Below are positions 1 to 8,977 of a DNA stretch of 64,000 nt, in pieces. The DNA is from Candidatus Sericytochromatia bacterium (GTDB lineage: Bacteria > Cyanobacteriota > Sericytochromatia > S15B-MN24 > UBA4093), in NCBI GenBank assembly GCA_036676455.1, contig JAKFCW010000116.1, positions 67,555 through 131,554 of the forward strand, given 5' to 3'. The notes beneath the pieces are model-generated. The model did not search any database. It was not told where the DNA came from and worked only from the letters and a program-made list of their open reading frames with translations. Position 1 is the stretch's first letter. Every line of letters starts with the position of its first letter. Position numbers and translations under genes: made by a program.

Positions 1-152
1 CGGTCGAATCGGCGATCGCCACCTGGCGCAAGAGCCGCGAGCCGCGCTCCTGGCCCGAGCCCCTGCTTGCCGCCGGCGAGCTCCACGGGGTCATGCCGCT
101 CCCGCGCCGCTAAAGCTCGCAGAACCTGGGTCTCGTCCGCTGGACGAGGCCC

Positions 153-1076
153 TTAAGCTTGTGCGGGCTCGATGTGGATGACGATCTCCATTCCCCCGAA
201 GCGCGAAATCAGCTCATGTTCGAGCTGGTCGGCGATCCCGTGGGCATCGGCCACGGAGAGGTCTGCGGGCACCGAGATGGTGAGCTCGGTGAAGGCCGAT
301 CCGGGCCGTCCGCGCGTCCGGACGCTGCCACAGTCCACCACGCCCGGGCAAGTCAGGGCGACCCGGCAGATCTCGTCGACGTCCAGGTAGGCCTCGTCGA
401 CCAGGTGCGGCAGGTTCACCTGGATGATGCGCAGGCCGCTGAGGAGAATGACGGCAGAGATGCCGAGCGTGAGTACCGGGTCAAGCCAGGGCATGCCGCG
501 GTCGGCGAGGATGATGCCGCCGACCAGGCTGAGGGTGACCAGCAGGTCGCTGCGCGTATGGGAAGCGTCCGCGGCGAGGAGATCGCTGTCGAGGCGCTTG
601 GCCTCCCGGGCCTCGTAGAGCGTGACGCCCAGGTTGACCAGGAAGGTGCTCGCCAGCAGGAGGATTGCCGGGAGGCTGGCGTCGACGACGTGGCCCGTGG
701 GGTGCATGAGGCGCTGGATGGCCTGCTGGACCAGCTCGAAGCCGGTGATCAGCAGGAAGCACGCGATGCCGAAGCCTGCCATGGTCTCGAACTTGCCATG
801 GCCGTAGGGGTGCTCCCGGTCAGGAGGCGAGATGGCGTAGTGCACGCCGACCAGGGCGACGACGTTCGAGAGTCCGTCGGTGGTGGAGTGCAGGGCGTCG
901 CCCAGCACTCCGAGAGAGCCGGTCCAGAAGCCGATCAGGGCCTTGAGCGCCGCGACGGCCAGGTTGAGCCCCAGGACGATCCAGAGGACCTTTCGGACTT
1001 CCTGGGGGCGAGTCGAATGGTCCTCGATGGCTGAGGGTGAGGTCACTTGGCCTTGGGGGCCCTGTAGCGGGATCAT
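153..1076 (-). CDS. Cation diffusion facilitator (CDF) family divalent-cation efflux transporter
   Basis: 307 aa with six N-terminal hydrophobic helices, including the HSTTD and HGHG-type CDF motifs, and a C-terminal cytoplasmic domain. The ATG at 1076 overlaps the stop of the upstream gene (ATGA). Confidence 0.85.
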   Translation of the reverse strand: MIPLQGPQGQVTSPSAIEDHSTRPQEVRKVLWIVLGLNLAVAALKALIGFWTGSLGVLGDALHSTTDGLSNVVALVGVHYAISPPDREHPYGHGKFETMAGFGIACFLLITGFELVQQAIQRLMHPTGHVVDASLPAILLLASTFLVNLGVTLYEAREAKRLDSDLLAADASHTRSDLLVTLSLVGGIILADRGMPWLDPVLTLGISAVILLSGLRIIQVNLPHLVDEAYLDVDEICRVALTCPGVVDCGSVRTRGRPGSAFTELTISVPADLSVADAHGIADQLEHELISRFGGMEIVIHIEPAQA

Positions 1077-1831
1077 GTCTCGAGCGGCAGGCGGAGCATG
1101 CGCTCCTGGCGGTCGAGCCGCACGCGCGACGCGAGCAGACGGCGAGAGAGGGTGCTGAAGAGGCGCGAGCGGTTGCGCAGCTCGGCTTCCATCCAGCGGG
1201 CGCGGGCGAAGGCAGCCCAGGCGGTGCCGACTTCGGGATGCTCGGGGCTGAGGACGTTGCCCCAGGCCTCGCCGGCGAGTTCGATCAGGATTGACGCTAG
1301 GGCCCGCGGGCCGTGGCAGGCCTCATGCAGGGTGCCCGCGAGGCGGCTCGCGTCCATCGGCGGGTGGACCGGGCCCGAGAGGGCAAGATGCTCGTCCATG
1401 CGGATGCCCAGATCCCAGAGGCTGGCGTGGTCGCGCTCGCGCGCGTGGATGCCGCGCGCCAGCTTGACGGGAACGGCCCGCGCGAAGGGGGTCTCCGCGA
1501 GCGGGCCTTGCAGCAAGGCGTAAAGGGCATGCAGCGCCGGGGAGGCGCCGTCGATGAAGATGCGCAGGCGGACGGAAGGGGCTTCCCGGCTGGTGGCCGC
1601 GCTGCGCAGCGCCTCGTAGACGACGCTCAGCAGTTCGAAGGCCTTGAGGTAAGCCTGGCGGCGCGCCAGCACCTCGGGGGCGAAGGGGGCGGAATGCTCA
1701 TCGGTGACGGGCTGAACGGCAGACGAGGCGGAGATCGGGGCCACGCGCGACGACAGCATGGGAGCCAGGGAGGGGATCCCCGTGATCGAGAGGGTAAGTT
1801 GCCTGAAGAGCCCCGTGGGGACCGTTTCCAT
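1073..1831 (-). CDS. Hypothetical protein, co-transcribed with the CDF transporter
   Basis: The ORF runs 1073..1849. The second in-frame ATG (1831) is preceded by GGAGGA at 6 nt. Its stop overlaps the CDF start. High GC3. No family recognised. Confidence 0.5.
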   Translation of the reverse strand: METVPTGLFRQLTLSITGIPSLAPMLSSRVAPISASSAVQPVTDEHSAPFAPEVLARRQAYLKAFELLSVVYEALRSAATSREAPSVRLRIFIDGASPALHALYALLQGPLAETPFARAVPVKLARGIHARERDHASLWDLGIRMDEHLALSGPVHPPMDASRLAGTLHEACHGPRALASILIELAGEAWGNVLSPEHPEVGTAWAAFARARWMEAELRNRSRLFSTLSRRLLASRVRLDRQERMLRLPLET

Positions 1832-2037
1832 TACGTCCTCCGATTGCATCCGCGGGCGCCGAGCGAGGCCGGGAAGTAGCCTTGGCTGCTGGCGCCATGC
1901 TCATGCATACCCCGTTTCATGCGATTTGACCAGGGTCTAGCTCGCTTGTTCGATTGCCGCGGGCGCTTAGGTAGTTTCCTCCGTTGACGTCAGGAAGCCG
2001 GAGCGCCATGGTGGAGGGTGCAGGAAGGAGGCGACGC

Positions 2038-2613
2038 ATGACGGTGGAAATCGAATTCTTGCATCCCCTGAAGGGCGAGGTCCCCGCGCCCTCGGAGCGC
2101 GAGCAAGAGCGCCTGGACGGGCTCTGTGAGTGCCTGCGGTCTGCGGAGAGCCTGGATGAAGCCTTCGACCTGCTGGGCTCGGAGCTGGCGAAGGACCTGC
2201 CGTTCGACCGGCTGGCCCTGGCAGTCCTGACGGACGACGATCAGCAGCTCAGGGCCCTGCGGGTCCAGTCCTCCCACGCCATGCGCTGGGGCGAAGGCGA
2301 TAGCCGACCGCTACTGGGCTCCAGCCTCGAGCCAATGATCCGCGAGCATGCCGTCCGGATCATCCACGACCTCAAGGGTTATCAGACCCTGCGCCCCTCG
2401 TCGCTGAGCACCAAGCGGCTCATCGAGGAGGGCATGCGCAGCAGCCTGACCATTCCCATCTACCGCGACGAGCAGCCACTCGGTGTCCTCTTCGTGACCA
2501 GCGCCACGCCGGACGCATTCCACGCCACCCATGCGGGCATCCTGGCCACCCTGAGCCCCGCCCTGAACGAAGCGTTCAGTCGTTTGATGTTTGCCCGGAT
2601 GCCGGCCGGCTGA
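2038..2613 (+). CDS. GAF domain-containing protein
   Basis: GAF-like core (…LAVLTDDDQQLRAL…SSLTIPIYRDEQPLGVLFVTS…). AGGAGG lies 6 nt upstream of ATG 2038. The ORF track starts at 1984. Confidence 0.65.
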   Translation: MTVEIEFLHPLKGEVPAPSEREQERLDGLCECLRSAESLDEAFDLLGSELAKDLPFDRLALAVLTDDDQQLRALRVQSSHAMRWGEGDSRPLLGSSLEPMIREHAVRIIHDLKGYQTLRPSSLSTKRLIEEGMRSSLTIPIYRDEQPLGVLFVTSATPDAFHATHAGILATLSPALNEAFSRLMFARMPAG

Positions 2614-2669
2614 TTCCGTTCATTGGAGCGATGGATACATTCGGGAGTTCGAATCCCGTTTTGGATACT

Positions 2670-2722
2670 AACAACAAAGCAGCTTGGTGGGTTATCTGCC
2701 AAGCTGCTTTGTTGTTGTGTTC
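2670..2722 (+). terminator. Perfect 18-bp stem hairpin (AACAACAAAGCAGCTTGG / CCAAGCTGCTTTGTTGTT) downstream of the GAF gene
   Basis: Inverted repeat read directly: 5' stem 2670-2687, 11-nt loop, 3' stem 2699-2716. Immediately preceded by a tRNA T-arm-like motif (CGGGAGTTCGAATCCCG, 2642-2658). Confidence 0.5.
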
Positions 2723-2761
2723 AGCCTTTAGGCGAACTAACCTTCCCCCCAGACTTTTATT

Positions 2762-2790
2762 CCGGCCATACCTCGCCGGGCTTCTTTTTT
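2762..2790 (+). terminator. Rho-independent terminator-like hairpin (CCGGC…GCCGG) followed by a T-run
   Basis: CCGGCcatacctcGCCGGgcttctttttt. Confidence 0.5.
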
Positions 2791-2926
2791 CCAGCTTTTC
2801 CTCCTGCTACCATTGCGGGAAAACTACGCAAGAAGAATCGCTCCCGGCGGGGAACATTGAGGGTGGCAGAATACGAATCCTGGGCACAGGTCCAGTCCCA
2901 GTCGTAGGCCAGAAAGTGGTGCGCTT

Positions 2927-4249
2927 ATGTCTCACATCGCGCATGACTCCAGTGCATCGCCTCCCAAACCGGAGGTCTCGGTCACCCTGAAGCGTGACGG
3001 GCTTGAAGCGTGGATCGCCGTCACTCCGCCTACCCCCGTCCCCCTGGCCGAACTCGAGGAGCGGATCCAGCAGTGTGGCGTCAGCCGTGGGCTCGACCGC
3101 GACCTGCTCAGACGAATTGCTGGAGATCCTCCTGAAACGCCCGTGCTGATTGCCAAGGGAAGGCTTCCCCAATCCGGGGCTCCCGCTCGTATCGACTACG
3201 TTTTCCAAGCACCACCGAGCGTCGGCATCGAAGCCGTCACCGAACTGGCCCGAGTCGATTTCCACGATGGCCATGTCACTCAGGTCCTGCAGGGGCAGGT
3301 CTTGGCCCGCAAGACCCCGGCAACTGCAGGGACTCCAGGATACACCGTGACCGGCCAGGTTCTCCCCGCCACCCTTGGCGCCGATGCAAACTTTGACATC
3401 GGCAAGAACGTCACCCTGAGCCAAGACAAGCTGGAGGCGCTCGCGGGTATCAGTGGTCTTCCCATGTTCGAGGGGGGCAAACTCACCATCGTTCCCGCCT
3501 TCACGGTGGGGAACGTCGACTTCTCCACCGGCAGCATCGTCTTCCAGGGTTCCGTGATCATCAAAGGAAACGTCATGGCAGGCTTCTCGGTGGTCGCCAC
3601 CGAGAACATCGAGGTGGATGGGTTTGTTGAAGGCGGAACCTTGCGAGCCGTCGGCAGCATTCACGTCAAAGGGGGTGTCCGTCAACACGCAGTGCTGGAG
3701 GCCGACCGTATCCATGCGCGCTACGTAGACACGGCCTCCACCTTGAAGGCCCTGGGAGACATCCAGATCGATAAGGATGCCGTGCAGAGCACACTGTCGG
3801 CAGGTGGCAAGATCAGCGTTGGCCAGCGCCTCGTCGGTGGCCATGCGAGCGCGGGCTCGCAGATCGAGGCGGGGCAAATCGGCCACCCGAGCGAACCCCC
3901 CACCCATGTGGAAATCGTGCTTTTCAAGGCCAGCAAGCAGTCCGAGGAGTTAAACGCCGAGATCAGCAACTTGCAAAGTGTCCTGGCCTTGGTGGAGGAA
4001 CGTCTCCAACTGGAGCAGACGACCCCGAGCGCAGCCCTGGGAAAGCTACTCCAGCAACGGATCGCGCTGGGCCTCGCGATTAAGCAGCTCGAGCTTCATC
4101 AGCAGGAACCCTGTTCCATGCCGCATATCATGGTGAAAGGTGAGATCTACCCCGGGGTCTTGCTGAGCATCCACCACACGACTCAACCGATCATGAGCAA
4201 GCTCACCGGCAAGACCTTCAAATGGACGGAAGAAGGGATCACCCACTGA
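2927..4249 (+). CDS. FapA-like DUF342 family protein (flagellar-assembly-protein-A-like beta-helix)
   Basis: 440 aa. Central region of repeated G-x-[VI] beta-helical units (…GSVIIKGNVMAGFSVVATENIEVDGFVEGGTLRAVGSIHVKGGV…) and a C-terminal coiled coil, typical of DUF342. Confidence 0.6.
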   Translation: MSHIAHDSSASPPKPEVSVTLKRDGLEAWIAVTPPTPVPLAELEERIQQCGVSRGLDRDLLRRIAGDPPETPVLIAKGRLPQSGAPARIDYVFQAPPSVGIEAVTELARVDFHDGHVTQVLQGQVLARKTPATAGTPGYTVTGQVLPATLGADANFDIGKNVTLSQDKLEALAGISGLPMFEGGKLTIVPAFTVGNVDFSTGSIVFQGSVIIKGNVMAGFSVVATENIEVDGFVEGGTLRAVGSIHVKGGVRQHAVLEADRIHARYVDTASTLKALGDIQIDKDAVQSTLSAGGKISVGQRLVGGHASAGSQIEAGQIGHPSEPPTHVEIVLFKASKQSEELNAEISNLQSVLALVEERLQLEQTTPSAALGKLLQQRIALGLAIKQLELHQQEPCSMPHIMVKGEIYPGVLLSIHHTTQPIMSKLTGKTFKWTEEGITH

Positions 4250-4488
4250 GTCTTGGCTATGCTCGGGCGTGGGCTTCATCACGGCAGGCCTCCTTCTTCA
4301 GCTTCCCCCGCCATCCTCACTTGTCTAAGCTCCGAAGTTTACTTCCGAGCTAGAGGTGGCGCACGGATCCCCCATCGGTTAGCTTAGTTAATAGTGTTCG
4401 AATACTATCCCGTAAGGGGTACCGATTGGCCTCGACTCGATTGAATTGAGGCGAGGCCTTTGCAAGGGGGCGTTCGAGCATCGGCTGG

Positions 4489-5550
4489 CTAGATCGTTTC
4501 CACGGTCCCATCGAGCAGCTCTTGTGCCTCCCAGAGGCCGACCACATCGAGCGTGCGCCTGAACCATCGCAGGCTCCCCTGGAAGATCGATTGGTAGACG
4601 TTCGTCAGGAGGGAGAAGCGATAGTCCCAGAGGCACTGCTCCCAGGCATAGTGCTTGACTCCTCGCGCCAGGAGTCGCTGGTGATAACGCCGTAGCAACG
4701 CGAGGTCGCGGCTTCGGCGGTCCGCGGCGTCAACCGACAGCAAGGCGAACATCAGGTCGTGCGGCCCCAGGCCACGTTTGACCTGGCCCCAGTCGATGAC
4801 TTTGATCGGGCTGAGCGCGTCGGGTTGCCTGGCGATGAAGACGTTGCCGAGGAGATGAAAATCGCCATGCAGCAGCGTCAGGCCACGATCGTCGACGGTA
4901 CGCTGGATGAAAGCGGCGGCCCATCGAGCGTCCAGTCGCGCGAGGAGTTGAGCTTCGCCCTCTCTGAACTCAGCTCCAAACGCCGAGCGGAACCGCGAGA
5001 CGGCAGTCCGCGCTGATGCCTCGTTTGTCCGAAGCCCCTGGGGCGGAATCGCCTGCGCCATTCGCATCACGGTGTCCTCCGGCTGGAGGAAGGCCGCGGT
5101 GTCAAGCATGGGAGACTCCCACCACTGGGCATGGAAGTCGGCCAGGGTGTCGACGAGGAGGTCAAGCCAAGCATCGGCCATGGGGGACGCGACCGGCTGA
5201 TAGCAAGTCGCGAGATCCTCGATCAAGAGCACACAGGTTTCAGCGGCGGGATCGTCGATGAGGCCGTAGAGCGAGGGGGCGATGGACAGGCGAAGTGCCG
5301 GTGTGATCCGCCGATAAGCCAGGACTTCCTGCAACCCTCCTCGCTGGTACCACTCCGGGCCATAGATCTTGCAAATCATGGTCTCGGGCATGCCCTGCGA
5401 GGTCTCGTCGCGATAACGAAGCCGGCACCGGTAGACGGCGGTGGCCAATGCGTGAAACTGTTCGCCCTCTTCCACGGCGATAACTTCGCCAGCATGCAGG
5501 AATCCACCCACATGCAGAGCTTTGATGATGGCAGCAGCGGTCGGGAACAT
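4489..5550 (-). CDS. Phosphotransferase enzyme family protein (APH/choline-kinase-like fold)
   Basis: 353 aa. Brenner-like motif HGDFHLLGNVF and a downstream IDWG motif (D-x-x-G of the APH fold). Confidence 0.7.
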   Translation of the reverse strand: MFPTAAAIIKALHVGGFLHAGEVIAVEEGEQFHALATAVYRCRLRYRDETSQGMPETMICKIYGPEWYQRGGLQEVLAYRRITPALRLSIAPSLYGLIDDPAAETCVLLIEDLATCYQPVASPMADAWLDLLVDTLADFHAQWWESPMLDTAAFLQPEDTVMRMAQAIPPQGLRTNEASARTAVSRFRSAFGAEFREGEAQLLARLDARWAAAFIQRTVDDRGLTLLHGDFHLLGNVFIARQPDALSPIKVIDWGQVKRGLGPHDLMFALLSVDAADRRSRDLALLRRYHQRLLARGVKHYAWEQCLWDYRFSLLTNVYQSIFQGSLRWFRRTLDVVGLWEAQELLDGTVETI

Positions 5551-5783
5551 GCCGCCATGGTAGCACCCCGTCCGTCACAGTGCTCGACATGCCCCCCGCA
5601 GAGGCCGAATCACCCGGGGCCCTTCCCGGGTACAATGCGCTTGGTTGCTTGCCTTCAGCCACGCATCCCACCCGATCGGGCGAATCGGCGCCAAATCTTC
5701 AGCAGAACTTAACCAGGATCTAACCCTTGCGAAGGACGTAGCGGCGACAATTCAAGCAGCAAGAGGTGAGGGGAGAGGGAATT

Positions 5784-6778
5784 TGCGCAAGATCACGGTA
5801 CTCGTCAACCGCGCGGCCCGCAACGGCTGCGATCGCCGTCGGCTCGACGCGATTCGCCAGGAATTCGCCGATAGCGACCTGACCATCCACACGCCCGACT
5901 CCTACGAGGCGCTCATCCAGGCCGCCAAGGACACGACCACCGACGGCACCGACCTCGTCATCGTCGTCGGCGGAGACGGCACCGTCAACGCAGTCGCCAA
6001 CCAGCTCGCCCACAGCCCCGTCCCCCTGGGCATCGTCCCCGCCGGCACCGCCAACGACCTCGCCACCCTGCTCGGCATCCCCGTCAACCCCCGCAAGGCC
6101 TGCCGCGTCATCAGCCAGGGCGCCGCCACCCCCATCGACCTCATCCGCGTCAACGGCCGCTACTTCGCCACCGCCGGCGGTCTCGGCGTCCTCAGCGACA
6201 CCGCCGTGGGAGTCAACCTCCTGAAAGCCCGCGAAGGCGCCGTCCGCAAGACCACCAAGCTGCTCGGCAGCCTCGTCTACGTGCTTTACAGCTTCATGCT
6301 GCTGCTGTTCTCGCGCCGGATCCTCAGCGACTTCACGATCACGCTGGACGGAGAGGACCTCGGCACCATGCGCTCCGTGGCCCTCTTCGTGAACAACCAG
6401 CCCACCATCGGCAAACTGGTCGTCTCGTGCCCCGATGCCAAGGTGACCGACGGCAAGCTCGGGCTCTGCGTCATGCGCGAGCGCAACCGCCTCCAGTCCA
6501 TCTTCACCGTCATCCTGATGAGCCTCAAGGGCACGCATACCCGCCGCAAGGACATCGTGATGCGCGACGGAGCGACCCTGCGGATCGCCTCGCCCGAGCC
6601 CAAGGTCTTCATCGGCGACGGAGAAGTGCTGGCCGAGACGACCGACCTGTCGATCAGCGTCGTGCCCCTGGCCCTGCGCGTGATCTCGGGACGGCTACTT
6701 GCGGATGACGCCTACCTCGAGGTTCGCGTAAAGGAAGGCGCGGTCCCGCGTCAAGAGCTCGGCGCCGCGTTCCGCTAA
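5784..6778 (+). CDS. Diacylglycerol-kinase catalytic-domain lipid kinase (YegS/BmrU-like)
   Basis: DAGK_cat signature (…LVIVVGGDGTVNAVANQL…PLGIVPAGTANDLA…). The ORF track starts at 5645. A likely TTG/GTG start near 5784 is preceded by GGGAGAGGG. The 3' end overlaps the convergent gene by 84 nt. Confidence 0.65.
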
Positions 6779-7852
6779 CCGCTCGAGCTGAGGCACCTCC
6801 GAGGGAATCGCCCGCGCCAAGAGCGTGTTCCAGTTGGCCATGCGGGCGCCGTTACGCCCCGTGCGCACGATCTCCTCGTGCAGCCGAACGAAGATCGGGG
6901 TCTGGATCCAGTCGAAGAGGTTGGAGACGTTGAACCGCGTGAACGTGTCATCGGGCACGCTCAGGAGGTACTGCTCGATCTCGCCGGTGACGATCTCCAC
7001 GCGGTCGACCCGCGCGCGCATCGTCTCGAAGTTCTCGCGCGCCAGGTACGCCGGCAGGTTGTCCTCGTCGAGGTAGCGCCCCAGCAGGATCAGCGCCAGG
7101 AAGTAGTTGCTGCGCGACGGGATGCGCGTGAAGGCATGCTCGGCTCGGCCCCGGAAGATCTTGCCGAAGTCCCGGAAGTCCACCAGCCGGAAATGCTCCT
7201 TGTCCTTGGTCCGCGTCATCACCGTCCGGCTGAAGAAGACGTCGAACATGGTCCGCCAGAGCGGCCCGTCGATCTCACGGTCGTAATACGTGCGCTGCGC
7301 GTCCAGCGACTCGCATGCGAAGAAGCGCATGATCCGCTTCTTGCCGTAAAGCAGGCGCATGAGCGATCCGAAGGCCAGAAGGTAACGTTCCAGGCGGCCT
7401 GCCACCAGAACCCCTCGGTCGAGCAGCTTCACATTCGCGTCCCAGAACGCCTGAGCCTCCGGCGAAAGGTCACCGCGTAGCTTCTGGTAAAGCGCGTTGC
7501 TGCGCTTCGAGGGGCAAACGCCGAGGATCTCGAGCATCTCGCCGTGGTCGAGGGCCTTGAACGCGGCAATCTTGAGGCGCAGCAAGTGGTTCTGGCTGGC
7601 GTTGAAGTCGAGGGCGACGACCCTTGCTGGGTCGTGACGCAAGAGGTCGAGGGTATTGCAGCCCCCCGAGGTGATCGAGAAGCAGACATCCCCGGGGCCG
7701 ACCTGTAAGGCCTCCTGGAGAATCGCCGGATCCTCCCAGCAGTTGCTGTAACCGATGCTCTTGAAGAAGGGACGGTCCGCGACCTCGCTGCGAAGCGTCC
7801 GGGTGGCAAACGTGGAAGGCTGGGGGGCTTGCGCAGAAAGGGTATCGGTCAC
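6695..7852 (-). CDS. DUF3419/BtaA-like protein (putative SAM-dependent 3-amino-3-carboxypropyl transferase, betaine-lipid synthase family)
   Basis: 385 aa, GTG start at 7852. Recalled resemblance to BtaA-family proteins (…GYSNCWEDP…CFSITSGGCNTLDLL… glycine-rich SAM-fold-like segment). The assignment is from memory and needs confirmation. Confidence 0.45.
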   Translation of the reverse strand: MTDTLSAQAPQPSTFATRTLRSEVADRPFFKSIGYSNCWEDPAILQEALQVGPGDVCFSITSGGCNTLDLLRHDPARVVALDFNASQNHLLRLKIAAFKALDHGEMLEILGVCPSKRSNALYQKLRGDLSPEAQAFWDANVKLLDRGVLVAGRLERYLLAFGSLMRLLYGKKRIMRFFACESLDAQRTYYDREIDGPLWRTMFDVFFSRTVMTRTKDKEHFRLVDFRDFGKIFRGRAEHAFTRIPSRSNYFLALILLGRYLDEDNLPAYLARENFETMRARVDRVEIVTGEIEQYLLSVPDDTFTRFNVSNLFDWIQTPIFVRLHEEIVRTGRNGARMANWNTLLARAIPSEVPQLERLAERGAELLTRDRAFLYANLEVGVIRK

Positions 7853-8005
7853 GGTCGCATCTCTCGCTTTTCTACTTTCTAGCCGCCGGCGCTAGTCAGG
7901 AGACTTGTACCACGAAGGAAGCCTCCCTTAGCATGCTGACTTCAAGCTTTCATTCAGGCCACCAACCGGGTAAAACTAGGAAGTGACGTCCAGAGAGGAG
8001 TTTCA

Positions 8006-8953
8006 ATGGCCACCCAAGCGGTCACCTTGCCCTTCATCAAGCGCTTCAAGCTATACCTCGACGAGCGCTTCCCGCTCGCGACCCACCTGGTGGTCGTCCT
8101 CGCCTTCTTCTTCAGCAGCTACCTGCTCTCCGAGCGGCTGCTGCGGCCGGGAGAGTCGCTGTTCGGATTGCAGGCGATCGCCGGCATGGTCACCGTCCTC
8201 TTCGCCCTCTTCTTCCTGCGCGTCCTCGACGAGTTCAAGGACTACGAAAAGGACCTCGTCGGACACCCCGACCGCATCGTCTCCCAGGGCATCATGCCGC
8301 TCTCCGAGCTCAAGGTCATCGGCCTCGTCGTCGTGGGCGCCATGCTCGCCCTCAACGCCCTGGTCGGCCTGCACGCACTGGCAGCTTGTCTGGTTGTCAT
8401 CGGCTTCGCGCTGTTGATGTTCAAGGAGTTCTTCGTCGGCGAATGGCTGAACAAGCACCTCGTCGTCTACGCGTTGACGCATCAGCTCATCACTCCACTG
8501 ATCTGTCTTTATGTTTACATGCTGGTCGCCTTCCCCACCGGCGGGGGCTGGAACCCCTGGTTCTGGCTGCAGCTGGCCATGGGCGCCGGCACCGGCCTCG
8601 GCTGGGAGATGTCCCGCAAGATCCGCTTCCCCGAGGAAGAGCATGAGCAGGTCGACACCTACTCCAAGCACTTCGGCTACGAAGCCGCCTCGGCCCTCGC
8701 CTTCACCATCCTCATGGCCGGAGCCCTCTGCGCCCTCGCCCTCGCGCTCGTGCTGCGCTTCCCCCCCTACGTCTTCGTGATCTTCGTCCTGGGCCTGACC
8801 GCCGCCGAGATCGGCTTCGTGCGCTTCTGGCGCAAGCCCACCGCCAAGGGCGCCCGCAAGCTAGGCGACTGGGCCGCCGTCATGATGCTCACCAGCTACC
8901 TCACCATCGCGCTCGGCTCGCTGGCCGGGCAGGCCTTCCACCTCGCGTTCTAG
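8006..8953 (+). CDS. Polytopic membrane protein, UbiA-prenyltransferase-like
   Basis: 315 aa with about 9 predicted TM helices. Asp-rich loop LDEFKDYEKD after TM2 and an acidic loop (EEEHEQVD) after TM6, resembling the two UbiA-family motifs. RBS AGAGGAG before ATG 8006. It is the first gene of a six-gene operon. Confidence 0.4.
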   Translation: MATQAVTLPFIKRFKLYLDERFPLATHLVVVLAFFFSSYLLSERLLRPGESLFGLQAIAGMVTVLFALFFLRVLDEFKDYEKDLVGHPDRIVSQGIMPLSELKVIGLVVVGAMLALNALVGLHALAACLVVIGFALLMFKEFFVGEWLNKHLVVYALTHQLITPLICLYVYMLVAFPTGGGWNPWFWLQLAMGAGTGLGWEMSRKIRFPEEEHEQVDTYSKHFGYEAASALAFTILMAGALCALALALVLRFPPYVFVIFVLGLTAAEIGFVRFWRKPTAKGARKLGDWAAVMMLTSYLTIALGSLAGQAFHLAF

Positions 8954-8977
8954 CGCCGCTTTGATAGGAGACCCCTC

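Noticed and set aside
1984-2037. Upstream extension of the GAF-protein ORF (start at 1984)
   Set aside because: An internal ATG at 2038 has a canonical AGGAGG at optimal spacing. The 18-codon extension has none and would place the start inside the divergent promoter region.
5720-6538. 272-aa minus-strand ORF (Gly/Asp/Ala/Val-rich) opposite the DAG-kinase-like gene
   Set aside because: Antisense shadow of the clearly recognisable DAGK_cat gene. No RBS, and repetitive composition.
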